NCBI GenBank assembly: GCA_963929435.1
Contig: CAWVIV010000020.1
Span: 4,226-68,225, forward strand
Source of the DNA: an uncultured Bacilli bacterium
Lineage (GTDB): Bacteria; Bacillota_I; Bacilli_A; RF39; UBA660
DNA: 64,000 nucleotides
Direction: 5' to 3'
Shown: positions 35,874 to 45,521 of the stretch, in pieces
Layout of the letters: every line of letters begins with the position of its first letter
How positions within the stretch are numbered: position 1 is the stretch's first letter
Notes under the pieces: generated by a model
What the model was told of the DNA's origin: nothing
What the model saw: only the letters and a program-made list of their open reading frames with translations
The model's database searches: none
Made by a program: the position numbers and the translations under genes

Positions 35874-37191
35874 ATGAAAAAAAATTTATTTCAAAGATTT
35901 AGAAAATTATTTTGATAAAGAAATAGAACTTAGTGGTTTTGTTGAAAATATTAGAAATATTAAATGGGTACAGTTCTTAGTACTTAGAGACTCTACTGGG
36001 AAGATTCAAGTAACTATTGAAAAGAGTGATGAAAATAATGCTGAGATGGTAGAGTTAGTTAATAATTTAACAGTTGAATCTACTATTAAAGTAACAGGTA
36101 CTCTAAAGAAAAATGAAAATGTTAGATTAAGAGGAATGGAGTTTATTCCTACAAAAATAGAAGTTACAAGTAAAAGTGATGCAGAACTTCCTATTAACAT
36201 TCATGATAAAGATGCTCAATTACTTGACCAAAGACTAGATTATCGTTGGTTAGACCTTAGAAATGAATATAACTTTAATATCTTTAAGATTCAAAGTGAT
36301 ATGGTTAAATATATGCGTGAGTTTATGTATTCTCATGACTTTACAGAAATCCATACCCCTAAACTAATAGGAGCGGCCAGTGAAAGTGGGGCAGATGTCT
36401 TTGAAGTAAAATACTTTGATAGAAAAGCATATCTTGCCCAGTCACCTCAATTTTATAAACAAATGGCTATCGCTAGTGGTTATGATAGAGTCTTTGAAGT
36501 TGCCCCTGTTTTTCGTGCTGAAAACTCTAATACTTCAAGACACACAACAGAGTTTACTGGTTTCGACGTAGAGTTTGCCTATATTGATTCTTACCGTGAT
36601 GTTATGGACTTTGAAGAAGAACTATTAACTTATACATTAGAGAAGTTAAATGAAAAGTATGGAGAATTAGTTAAAAATCTTTATGGAAAAGAAATAGTTG
36701 TTCCTAAAGAGAAGTTCCCAAGAGTAAAATTAGCAGATTTATATGATGAACTTGAAAAAAGATATGATTATAAAGTAGATGAATCTGAGAAAAATGATTT
36801 AACTACTGAAGCAGAGAGACTAAGTTATCGTTATGCAATGGATGAGTTTAACTCAGAGTTTATCTTTGTTACAGATTATCCTAAAGAAAAACGTGCTTTC
36901 TATCATATGCGTAAAGATGGCATTCCTGAAGGTTATGATTTAATTTATCGTGGTGTTGAAATAACTACAGGAGCAGAACGTGAGCATAGATATGATGTTT
37001 TAGCTAAACAAGCCAAAGAAAAAGGCCTTGATAAAGATGTAGAGTTCTATCTAGAATTCTTCAAATATGGATGCCCTCCTCATGGTGGCTTTGGACTAGG
37101 AGTAGATAGACTTACTATGTTAGTATTAGGATTACCTAGTGTTAAAGAGTCAATGATGATATTTAGAGGCCCTAATAGATTAAATCCATAA
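35874..37191 (+). CDS. aspS: Aspartate--tRNA ligase, archaeal/type-2 (class IIb), apparent +1 frameshift in the A8 run 35877-35884
   Basis: AAGGAG RBS plus ATG 35874. With A7 the frame reads MKKIYFKDLENYFDKEIELSGFVENIRN..WVQFLVLRDSTGKIQV (OB fold) into track ORF 36046-37191. Motif 2 FRAENSNTSRHTTEF, motif 3 GGFGLGVDRL, and a C-terminal ..RLNP. Confidence 0.8.
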
Positions 37192-37217
37192 GACGTGTAA
37201 ATTTACATGTCTTTTTT
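37191..37217 (+). terminator. Terminator after aspS
   Basis: AGACGTGTAAA / TTTACATGTCT hairpin (one G-U) followed by TTTTTT. Confidence 0.8.
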
Positions 37218-37280
37218 CTTTTTTTATAGAATATTTTTTATTCTTCCCTTATACTCTAAGTAAGAAAGGAAGCTAAGCTT

Positions 37281-38090
37281 ATGGAAAATGCAAGAAGAGT
37301 AGGGATGTTATTTATTGCTTTAATAACCCTCATAATAGTAGCATCCATCATATTTATAGTTAATATTAATCTAAAAGGAGAAAGTAGGGAAACATTTAAT
37401 GAAGATAGTAGTAGTCTTTCTACTAAAGAAGTGGCATCTTTATTAGAATTAGTTAATATTTATGACAGTTATATAATAACTTTTGATGGTACTAAAGATT
37501 TAAGTACTTTAACAGATAAAGAAAAGATTAACTTTATAGATAGATTACCTATTGATGTAAAAAATGACCTTAATTTAAATTTTGATGCTGGAGTTAGTCT
37601 AGATAAAGTAAAAAGAGTCTTAAAGAAATATTTTGGTCCTAAAACAGCGTTTAACCCTGTTAATTCTACATGTTTTCTAGATGATGGAGATTATTTAATC
37701 TATGATAGTACTACTAATATGTATAAAGCAGATAATGATTATCATGCCCATAGTGCTTATACTCCTTTATCTATAGAAAACTATTATGTAGAAGGAAAAA
37801 GAATTGTAGATGGAGATAAATTAATCTATTCTATAACCTTAAAGAAAGCTTTCGCTTATCCTAATACTTCATCTTATTTTGGTAGTTATACTGATTTAGT
37901 AAATAATAAAAACTTAGTAGTAGATTTATATGAAGATGATAATGATTATGAATCTAGTGATATTAATACTTTAATAGAACCATATAAAGATAAGTTAACT
38001 AGTTACACTTATATCTTTGAAACAAAAGATAGTATAGAAAATAGTTATTTAATAGAACTTGCAAAACTTAATAGGGGGAGTGAATTTTAA
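37281..38090 (+). CDS. Hypothetical membrane-anchored protein
   Basis: N-terminal TM (VGMLFIALITLIIVASIIFIV). 269 aa. No motif recognised. Confidence 0.55.
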   Translation: MENARRVGMLFIALITLIIVASIIFIVNINLKGESRETFNEDSSSLSTKEVASLLELVNIYDSYIITFDGTKDLSTLTDKEKINFIDRLPIDVKNDLNLNFDAGVSLDKVKRVLKKYFGPKTAFNPVNSTCFLDDGDYLIYDSTTNMYKADNDYHAHSAYTPLSIENYYVEGKRIVDGDKLIYSITLKKAFAYPNTSSYFGSYTDLVNNKNLVVDLYEDDNDYESSDINTLIEPYKDKLTSYTYIFETKDSIENSYLIELAKLNRGSEF

Positions 38091-38096
38091 AAGACC

Positions 38097-38567
38097 TTAA
38101 CTCTTTTTAGTTAAAGTCTTTCTTTTGGTATATCCTTCACTATAATCTATCGCTTCTTCAAACTTTTCTATTGTCTTATCATAACTTTCATCGGTACTGC
38201 TTTCTCTATATTCTAAGAAAGCTTCTTCATATTCTTTAACTGTTTGATAATGGGCACTAAATTGATTAATATTTTCTTTAATAAAGTTATCTTTAGTTAT
38301 ATTAAGACCATTTCTTAAATCATTAACTAAAGTAATACCATTATTGATAAGAGCATTATAAATAATTAAGTTACCAATAACATTATCTTTAGCATTTTTA
38401 AACTCTTCTTCTAAATAAGTTATATTTCTATAAGAAGATTCTAAGAATCTGTTTTGTTCTTTTTCAGTTAACTCTCTTTCAAGTGATATCCTTAATAGTT
38501 TAAAGAATGTACTATTATCTTTTAACACTTTTCTTTCCTTAATAAGTTCTAACATAAAATCCCCCAT
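38097..38567 (-). CDS. Hypothetical protein (about 150 aa)
   Basis: Convergent ORF. Helical, with no motif recognised. Confidence 0.5.
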   Translation of the reverse strand: MGDFMLELIKERKVLKDNSTFFKLLRISLERELTEKEQNRFLESSYRNITYLEEEFKNAKDNVIGNLIIYNALINNGITLVNDLRNGLNITKDNFIKENINQFSAHYQTVKEYEEAFLEYRESSTDESYDKTIEKFEEAIDYSEGYTKRKTLTKKS

Positions 38568-38930
38568 TTCTAATAGAACCTATTATACCACGAGATAATT
38601 TAAAGTCAAAAAGTATTTACTAAACATTGTTACGATACAATAAAGATGTATTAAATTAAAGAGATTTCATATATATAAAAGTAAGTATAAATTTACTTAT
38701 AATAAATATGAAATAAAATTAAAACAGTAGAATAAACCTTTAAATAAAAGAAAATTTTACTGTTTTTTTATTAGAAACGTGATTTTGAGTTAATTTGCGG
38801 TACCCTTATTATATAAATAGGGATAAAAATGGTTAGATAAGTAAAAAAGATTTAAATTAAGTATTAGAAAAATTAAATTATATAAAAAACAATTAGGTAT
38901 ACTAAGATAGAAGACGTTGATAAAGCAATA

Positions 38931-39484
38931 ATGAAAAACTTAAAAGAAAAATTAACTGATAAAGTAAAGTCATTAAATGTTTTAAATGCTTATTCAAATA
39001 GATATGGAATTTGTTTAGCAAGTGAGCAAATAGATGATAAAACAAATGAAATAACAACAATGATTTAATTTTATATTTTGATAGAAAAAAATGGAAAAAG
39101 TTAAATAGTATAGACTTAATAAAGAAGGCAATAGAAACTTTACAAGAAACAAAAGTAGAATATAGATATTATATATCAAGTTTATTTCTTAATATTGAAC
39201 TTTTTTCTAAGGCTATAAGAAATCATTGGTCAGTAGAAAATAAATTACATTGGCATTTAGATTTTACATTTAAACAAGATAATAATACTACAGTAAATAA
39301 GAAGGCATTAATGAATTTAGAATTAGTTAAGAAACTTTGTCTAGGAATACTAAATAAAGTAAAACCATTTTATAATAATATAAGTCTAAGGAGAATAAGA
39401 AAAATATTATCTTATAATTTTGAGAAGGGATTAGTAGATATAATGTGTTATTTATCTTTGGCTCAAAAATCAAATTTTCAGTAA
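38931..39484 (+). pseudogene. ISAs1-family transposase relic (internal deletion plus frame breaks)
   Basis: The N-piece ..GICLASEQIDDKTNEITT matches the ISAs1 LAQ..V..KSNEI.AIP region. The C-piece YRYYISSL....IRNHWSVENKLHWHLDFTFKQDNN is the ISAs1 signature (RYYISSL...R.HW.IEN.LHW.LDV.F.ED). The DDE core between them is missing. Confidence 0.6.
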
Positions 39485-39624
39485 AAAAATAGCAGTAAAG
39501 ACTTTTAATATATGACTTTATCTGCTATTCATAATTTATTTCATGTTTTTATCCTGTAATTGATTTAGAATGTGTTTATTTCTTAATTAAAATATGCTAA
39601 AATATATAGCGAGGGGCGATGTCT

Positions 39625-40773
39625 ATGGAAGAACATGTTATAGATATGAATGAGAAAAATACTCTAGCGATGAAGCTTCTTCATTACTTTATTACAGAAA
39701 AAGGTTATACTCCTATAATATTACAAGGAGCTGAAGATGAGATTTGGCTTGAAAACCTAGATGAAGATTATAAAGTCGTTAGATTAGTAATGAGATATAT
39801 TCATAATGATGAACAATATAAATTTGATATATTTAAGACTAATAGAATCTTAAGAAAAATAAAGAAAAAGACTTTATCATTTAAATTAAATACCCTTAGT
39901 ATTTTCTTAGATTTAGGAGGAGCGGTTAATTTAGATGATTTTAAGTCTGATAATATAACAGCAGTGGAAGTACATAAAGATGCTGATGTTAAGAAGAATA
40001 AATTATTAAAGTCTATTTTTCCTGATTTATCTCGTAAGCTTAAATTTAGTGAAGAGGGAATAGATTTATTTATTAAAGTAACTAATGATATTAATAAACA
40101 CAATCAGAAGGACCAAGAAAGGGTTGCTGATGTTTTTGCACCTAAGAAACCAATTATTACTTATGCTTTAATTATAATTAATATATTAGTTTTCTTTGTT
40201 CCTATGCTTTTAGGTAATTCTGATATAGCAGTAGCATATTTAGGTAGTTATGGACCATTTGTTAAGATGGGAGAATATTATAGATTAATAACAGCAGCTT
40301 TTGTACATGCTAATATTGCCCATCTCTTATTCAATATGTATGCTTTATGGATTATAGGAATGCAGTTAGAAAGCTTTATTGGTAAATGGAGATTCTTAGT
40401 AGTTTATCTGTTTAGTGCTATCTGTGGTTCCTTATTATCAGTAGTAGTAACACCTGATGCTTTAAGTGTAGGAGCTAGTGGAGCGATATTTGGTTTACTT
40501 GGAGCCTTACTTTACTTTGGATATCATTATCGCATCTATTTAGGTACTGTTATTAAGAGTCAAATTATTCCATTAATTGTTATTAACCTTTTACTTGGCT
40601 TTATGGTGCCAGGTATTGATAATGCCGCTCATATAGGTGGTTTAATTGGTGGAGCGTTAATGATGATAGGCGTTGGGGTTAAATATAAGAGTAGTAACTT
40701 TGAGAAGATTAATGGACTTATTGTTAGTTTAATATTCTTTGGTTTCTTAGTATATATGGCTTTATTTGCATAA
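39625..40773 (+). CDS. Rhomboid-family intramembrane serine protease with an N-terminal cytoplasmic domain
   Basis: FVHANIAHLLFNM (H..xN), GASGAIFGLLGA (GxSG catalytic Ser), AHIGGLIGG (catalytic His). Start at ATG 39625, 8 nt after GAGGGG. Confidence 0.85.
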   Translation: MEEHVIDMNEKNTLAMKLLHYFITEKGYTPIILQGAEDEIWLENLDEDYKVVRLVMRYIHNDEQYKFDIFKTNRILRKIKKKTLSFKLNTLSIFLDLGGAVNLDDFKSDNITAVEVHKDADVKKNKLLKSIFPDLSRKLKFSEEGIDLFIKVTNDINKHNQKDQERVADVFAPKKPIITYALIIINILVFFVPMLLGNSDIAVAYLGSYGPFVKMGEYYRLITAAFVHANIAHLLFNMYALWIIGMQLESFIGKWRFLVVYLFSAICGSLLSVVVTPDALSVGASGAIFGLLGALLYFGYHYRIYLGTVIKSQIIPLIVINLLLGFMVPGIDNAAHIGGLIGGALMMIGVGVKYKSSNFEKINGLIVSLIFFGFLVYMALFA

Positions 40774-40823
40774 GCCTTTTTCTTTCATTTTGGATACGAA
40801 CTAAAGTTTTAGGAGGTGTTACT

Positions 40824-42980
40824 TTGGTAGTAGGTGTATTAGTAGAGATAACTAGTAAAAGTGTAGATAGAATCTTTGACTATAGTGTTCCTAAAAGTTT
40901 AGAACCTTTAATAGAAGTAGGTAAAAGAGTAAAGGTTCCTTTTGGTAATAGAACTTTAGTAGGGTTTATTTTAGAAAAAGATAAAAAAAGTGATGTAGAT
41001 AACTTAAAAGAAATAGAAGAAGTTTTAGATGAAGAAGTAATACTTACGGAAGAGTTATTAGAACTTGGTAAATATTTAAAAGAGACAACTTTAGCATCTT
41101 TAATTAGCTGTTATCAAGTTATGCTTCCTAAAGGGTTTAAAGCTAGTATTAAGGGTAAGGTTAATAAGAAATATCAAAAAGTATATTATTTAAATGCTTA
41201 TGATAAGAAATTAACGGATAAACAACAAGAGGTTGTAGAGAAGTTTAATGGTAAAGAGAAGTTAAGTAGAGAAGAGTTAAAAGATGTCTCTATATCTATT
41301 CTTAATACCTTAGTTAAAAACAATATTTTAAGAGTAGAAGAGGAAGAAGTTTATAGATTAGATTATGAGAAAAGTGAAAGAAAAGTAAGAAAGTTAACTT
41401 CTTTACAAGAGGAAGCAGTTAATAATATTTTAAATACTGAAAATACTGTATCTTTGTTATATGGTGTTACTGGTAGTGGTAAGACGGAAGTATATATGGA
41501 GTTAATTGATAAGTATTTAAAGAAAGGTTTAAAAAGTATTGTTTTAGTACCAGAAATATCCCTAACTCCTCAGTTAATTAAACGCTTTGAAGAAAGATTT
41601 GGAAGTAATATAGCACTTTTACATAGTGCCTTATCAGATGGTGAGAAGTATGATGAATATAGAAGAATTGTAAAAGGTGAAGTAGATATTGTAATAGGTG
41701 CTAGAAGTGCTGTCTTCGCTCCTTTAAAAAATCTGGGACTTATTATTATAGATGAGTGTCATAGTGATTCTTATAAACAAGATAATAATCCTAGATATAA
41801 TGCTAAAGATGTGGCGATTAAAAGAGCGAAAGATTTAGGAGCAAAAGTAGTACTTGGTAGTGCCACACCTATGTTAGAAGAGTATGCTAGAGGACTAAAA
41901 AATGTCTTTAATCTAGTAACATTAGAAAAAAGAGTCAACGGTAAAGAGTTACCTAAAGTAGAGTTAATAGATATGAATAAAGAAGTAGGTAAAGCTAAGG
42001 GACATTTCTCACTACCTTTAATAGATGAAATTAATAAGACTATCGAAAAAGGTGAACAAGTAATACTTTTATTAAATAGACGTGGTTATTCTTCATTTGT
42101 TACTTGTTCTAATTGTGGCGAGTCTGTTAAATGCCCTAACTGTGATATAACTTTAACATATCATAAGAGTAGTAACATCTTAAGATGCCATTACTGCGGT
42201 TATGCAACTAAGTATGAAGTTACATGTCCTAAGTGTCATGAGAAGTCGCTAAAAGATTTAGGTGTTGGAACAGAAAAGGTAGAAGAAGAGATAAAAAGTA
42301 TTTTCCCTAAGGCAAGAGTCCTTAGAATGGATGTTGATACTACTAGTAGGAAAGGGGCTCATAAAAAAATAGTTGATGCTTTTGCAAGAGGGGAAGCCGA
42401 TATCTTACTAGGTACTCAGATGGTTGCTAAAGGCCTTGACTTTCCTAATGTTACTTTAGTAGGAGTAATAAATGCTGATACCTCACTTATGCTTCCTGAC
42501 TTTAGAAGTAGTGAGAAAACATTTGATTTACTTAGTCAAGTAGCAGGAAGAGCTGGTAGAAGTGATAAATCTGGTAAAGTTATATTCCAGACCTTCAATG
42601 AAGATAATTATGCTATTAAGTGTGCTAAGGAAAATGATTATAAGTCCTTTTATAAAGAAGAGATGAAAGTAAGAAAATTAATGAAATATCCCCCTTACTA
42701 TTATCTTGTATCTTTAAATATCTCTAGTAAAGATAGTAAACAAGCTTTAATAGAAGCGAAAAAGTGCGAGAAAGTTTGTCAAAAGTATTTAGATAAAACT
42801 GTTATTTTAGGACCTAGTCCTGCCTCTATCTTTAAAAAGCAGAACATTTATTACTATCAATTAATATTAAAATATCAGTATCAAGATAATATTCACGAAG
42901 TCTTAGAAAAACTAGTAGATTATTATGCTACGATAAATAAAGTTAACTTAGATGTTGACTTTAATCCAATACATTTGTAA
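40824..42980 (+). CDS. priA: Primosomal protein N' (replication restart helicase PriA)
   Basis: TTG start 7 nt after AGGAGG. Walker A GVTGSGKTE, DECH box IIDECH, two zinc-binding CxxC pairs (CSNCG..CPNC, CHYCG..CPKC), helicase motif VI QVAGRAGR. Confidence 0.9.
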   Translation: MVVGVLVEITSKSVDRIFDYSVPKSLEPLIEVGKRVKVPFGNRTLVGFILEKDKKSDVDNLKEIEEVLDEEVILTEELLELGKYLKETTLASLISCYQVMLPKGFKASIKGKVNKKYQKVYYLNAYDKKLTDKQQEVVEKFNGKEKLSREELKDVSISILNTLVKNNILRVEEEEVYRLDYEKSERKVRKLTSLQEEAVNNILNTENTVSLLYGVTGSGKTEVYMELIDKYLKKGLKSIVLVPEISLTPQLIKRFEERFGSNIALLHSALSDGEKYDEYRRIVKGEVDIVIGARSAVFAPLKNLGLIIIDECHSDSYKQDNNPRYNAKDVAIKRAKDLGAKVVLGSATPMLEEYARGLKNVFNLVTLEKRVNGKELPKVELIDMNKEVGKAKGHFSLPLIDEINKTIEKGEQVILLLNRRGYSSFVTCSNCGESVKCPNCDITLTYHKSSNILRCHYCGYATKYEVTCPKCHEKSLKDLGVGTEKVEEEIKSIFPKARVLRMDVDTTSRKGAHKKIVDAFARGEADILLGTQMVAKGLDFPNVTLVGVINADTSLMLPDFRSSEKTFDLLSQVAGRAGRSDKSGKVIFQTFNEDNYAIKCAKENDYKSFYKEEMKVRKLMKYPPYYYLVSLNISSKDSKQALIEAKKCEKVCQKYLDKTVILGPSPASIFKKQNIYYYQLILKYQYQDNIHEVLEKLVDYYATINKVNLDVDFNPIHL

Positions 42981-43009
42981 AATAAAAAAATATGAAAGAA
43001 GGAATTGTT

Positions 43010-44102
43010 ATGGAGAATTTGCCTAAGAAAATAGTTAGTATTAAAGCTAATGATGTGTTTATTGAAAAAAAACATAAGAAAGTTTGGTTATACCTTGAAT
43101 GAAAGAACTAATGAGGAAATTTATGTTCCTATAGCATTACCAAGATGGACTAGACCAGAAAAATCTTTTGATATTATTGATGATAGTAGAGACTTTGTTA
43201 ATGGTTTTAAAGTAGTACAAACAGCTAATAAAGAATATGCTTATGTAAGAGAAGAAGATAATGAATTATTACCATATAGATATGATATTGCCGCAGACTT
43301 TAATGAATATGGTTATGCTATGGTTGGTAAGGATTCCAAAGTTTCTTGGATAGATAGAAATTTTAGATATTTTGACGCTAATAAAGAAAAGTTTTTAGAT
43401 GAAGAGAAAGGTGAATATATTAGATTTAATGGTTTCTTAAGTGTTGGTGAATTTAGTAAAGTAGAGTACCCTTTATCTAAAGTGTGTCGCCTTGGGTATG
43501 GTAATACAGTTAGTTATTTGGGTATTGATGGTAAATTTAAGGAATTTTCTAAATACGATGGAGAAAAGATATGTGAAAATAATTCTAATAAAATCTTTTC
43601 ATATTGGAGTACAGATTTTAATGATAAGGGATATGCTAATGCAAATGGGGGTAGTCTAATTCTACTATCTAGTGGTCATTATTTAACTGCTAAAGATTTA
43701 ATAAGAATTTGTGAAGAGAAAGGATTTTTAGATACTATAGGTAGCAGAATAGAAAAACAAGAACAAGAATATTATAAATTCTTAAAAAATGTAAAAGAAA
43801 AAACTACAACTATTGCCGATGATTTATCTAAACGTAATAATTTAATTGCAGAATTTGGTATAGGTAGTATAGAACTTAAGAAAGAAAAATTAATTTCTAG
43901 TTATGGTAAAGATGTTTATTTAAGAGCATTAACTAATAATTCTTTAGTATGCTTAATTGTTAGAGAAGAAATGCCTGCAGATATAGTAGATTTAGAATTG
44001 TTTCAAAGTGCTCTTGCTAGAAGAGGGATATCTTCATATATAGATGATGAAGAAAAAATCTTTTATTATAATACTCATAAACATGTAAAAGTAAAAAAAT
44101 AA
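43010..44102 (+). CDS. WG-repeat-like hypothetical protein, apparent +1 frameshift in the A8 run 43065-43072
   Basis: GAAGGA RBS plus ATG 43010 reads MENLPKKIVSIKANDVFIEKK. With A7 it joins the track ORF (..NIRKFGYTLNE..). Repeated motifs of the type KEYAYVREEDNELLPYRYDIAADFNEYGYAMVGKD are present. Confidence 0.5.
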
Positions 44103-44174
44103 GAATATAATCTATAATAATTTTTATATTTATCTTTTTATTATATTATTCTTTCAAGAAAGGAGTTATTGTTT

Positions 44175-44645
44175 ATGGAAGTAAAAGAAAATGAATTATT
44201 ACGAAAAAAGATGGTTCACAAATTTGGAAATTTGCCACTTGAATTTGATTTTTCTTTGTCTTTAGAAGATTTAGATCTTGTTATTACTGATACTGTATTA
44301 GAGTGGGTATTGAAATCTTTGATATCTAATATAACTGTTTATTGTTCTAGATATCTTGATTGTAAAGTTAAACTAGAAAAACCTATAGATTATGAAAGTA
44401 CTCGTACGACTATAGAGGAATATAAAAAAAGTCTGAGTGGGACGATTAAAACAGAATATCAAATTTATAGTGTCTTTGAAAAACTTAGCTTAAAGAGAGA
44501 AAATAATTTAGAAGTAATTAATAATTTCGAAAATAATATCAAAGTAATCTTACTAGAAAATAATTTGTTGCCTCAAGAAAAATTTTCCATAGGTGAGAAA
44601 GAAGATGGGTGTATTAAGTCTAGTAAAAAAATGGTCAGAAAATAA
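44175..44645 (+). CDS. Hypothetical protein
   Basis: AAGGAG lies 8 nt upstream of ATG 44175. No motif recognised. Confidence 0.5.
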   Translation: MEVKENELLRKKMVHKFGNLPLEFDFSLSLEDLDLVITDTVLEWVLKSLISNITVYCSRYLDCKVKLEKPIDYESTRTTIEEYKKSLSGTIKTEYQIYSVFEKLSLKRENNLEVINNFENNIKVILLENNLLPQEKFSIGEKEDGCIKSSKKMVRK

Positions 44646-44766
44646 GACTATAACACAATAGATGTTTTGATCTATGTGTAGTAAAATATTTGTAAGTAAC
44701 AAGATAATAGGAGCTTAGATATTCTAACTCCTTTTTTTTGACATATTATTTATTAGGTGATAATTT

Positions 44767-45477
44767 ATGTTGTTTAATTTATTTGATAGTCTAAGAGGTT
44801 TCTTTACTTTTACAGCAAGTTATTCTAATCAAGTCTTTAAAGAACCGTTATCAAAAGAAGAGGAAGAAGAATGTATTAAAAAAATGGGTGAAGGAGATAA
44901 GGAAGCTCGTAATAGTTTAATAGAGCATAACCTTAGATTAGTCGCTCATATTGTTAAGAAGTTTGATTATAAAAATATTGACCAAGATGACCTTATTAGT
45001 GTTGGTACAATTGGCCTTATTAAAGGGGTAGATACCTTTGTTCCTAATAAAGGTAATCGGTTAACTACATACTGTGCTAAATGTATTCAAAATGAAATAC
45101 TAATGTATTTTCGTGCTAATAACAAAAATAATAAAAATATTTCCTTAAATGAACCCGTTGGTTTTGATAAAGAAGGTAATGAAATATCAATACTTGATGT
45201 TATAAAAGCCCCAAGACCTGACTTTATCGAAGAGATTAATTTAAAAGATAATGTTAAACTACTTAACTCTTATTTAAAAGTCTTAAGTAAAAGAGAACGA
45301 GAGATTATTGTTAAAAGATATGGCTTAGAAGGTAATGATTTATGGACACAAAAACAAATTGCCGATAAATTAAATATCTCTAGAAGTTATGTATCTCGAA
45401 TTGAAAAAAGAGCTTTAACTAAGATACTTAGAGAGTTTATTAAGAATAATAAGTATAATGATGTAGATTTCAGCTAA
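44767..45477 (+). CDS. sigK: Sporulation sigma factor SigK (pro-sigma-K), uninterrupted
   Basis: Pro-sequence then SYSNQVFKEPLSKEEEEECIKKMGEGDKEARNSLIEHNLRLVAHIVKKF and ISVGTIGLIKGV..CIQNEILMYFR, which closely parallels B. subtilis SigK (SYVKNNAFPQPLS..LIEHNLRLVAHIVKKF). Confidence 0.8.
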   Translation: MLFNLFDSLRGFFTFTASYSNQVFKEPLSKEEEEECIKKMGEGDKEARNSLIEHNLRLVAHIVKKFDYKNIDQDDLISVGTIGLIKGVDTFVPNKGNRLTTYCAKCIQNEILMYFRANNKNNKNISLNEPVGFDKEGNEISILDVIKAPRPDFIEEINLKDNVKLLNSYLKVLSKREREIIVKRYGLEGNDLWTQKQIADKLNISRSYVSRIEKRALTKILREFIKNNKYNDVDFS

Positions 45478-45521
45478 AAATATTAGTGTATTGTGTTATA
45501 CTAATATTAGGAGCTGAGATT

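Noticed and set aside
12983-35884. Programmed +1 ribosomal frameshifting or transcriptional slippage as an explanation for the frame breaks.
   Set aside because: The sites share no slippery or stimulatory motif, and they occur up to nine times within one essential gene, at runs as short as two bases. No known recoding system behaves like this.
36006-36200. Minus-strand ORF at the aspS 5' region. The same reasoning applies to the antisense ORFs at 9351-9533, 28228-28509, 39801-40103, 51720-52121 and 63517-63738.
   Set aside because: All are antisense to genes with strong family signatures and lack ribosome-binding sites.
38570-38930. Long non-coding AT-rich gap with weak hairpins, considered as a possible sRNA or origin-like region.
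   Set aside because: No promoter/terminator pair, conserved boxes or repeats could be defined. It is most simply degraded flanking sequence of the ISAs1 relic.
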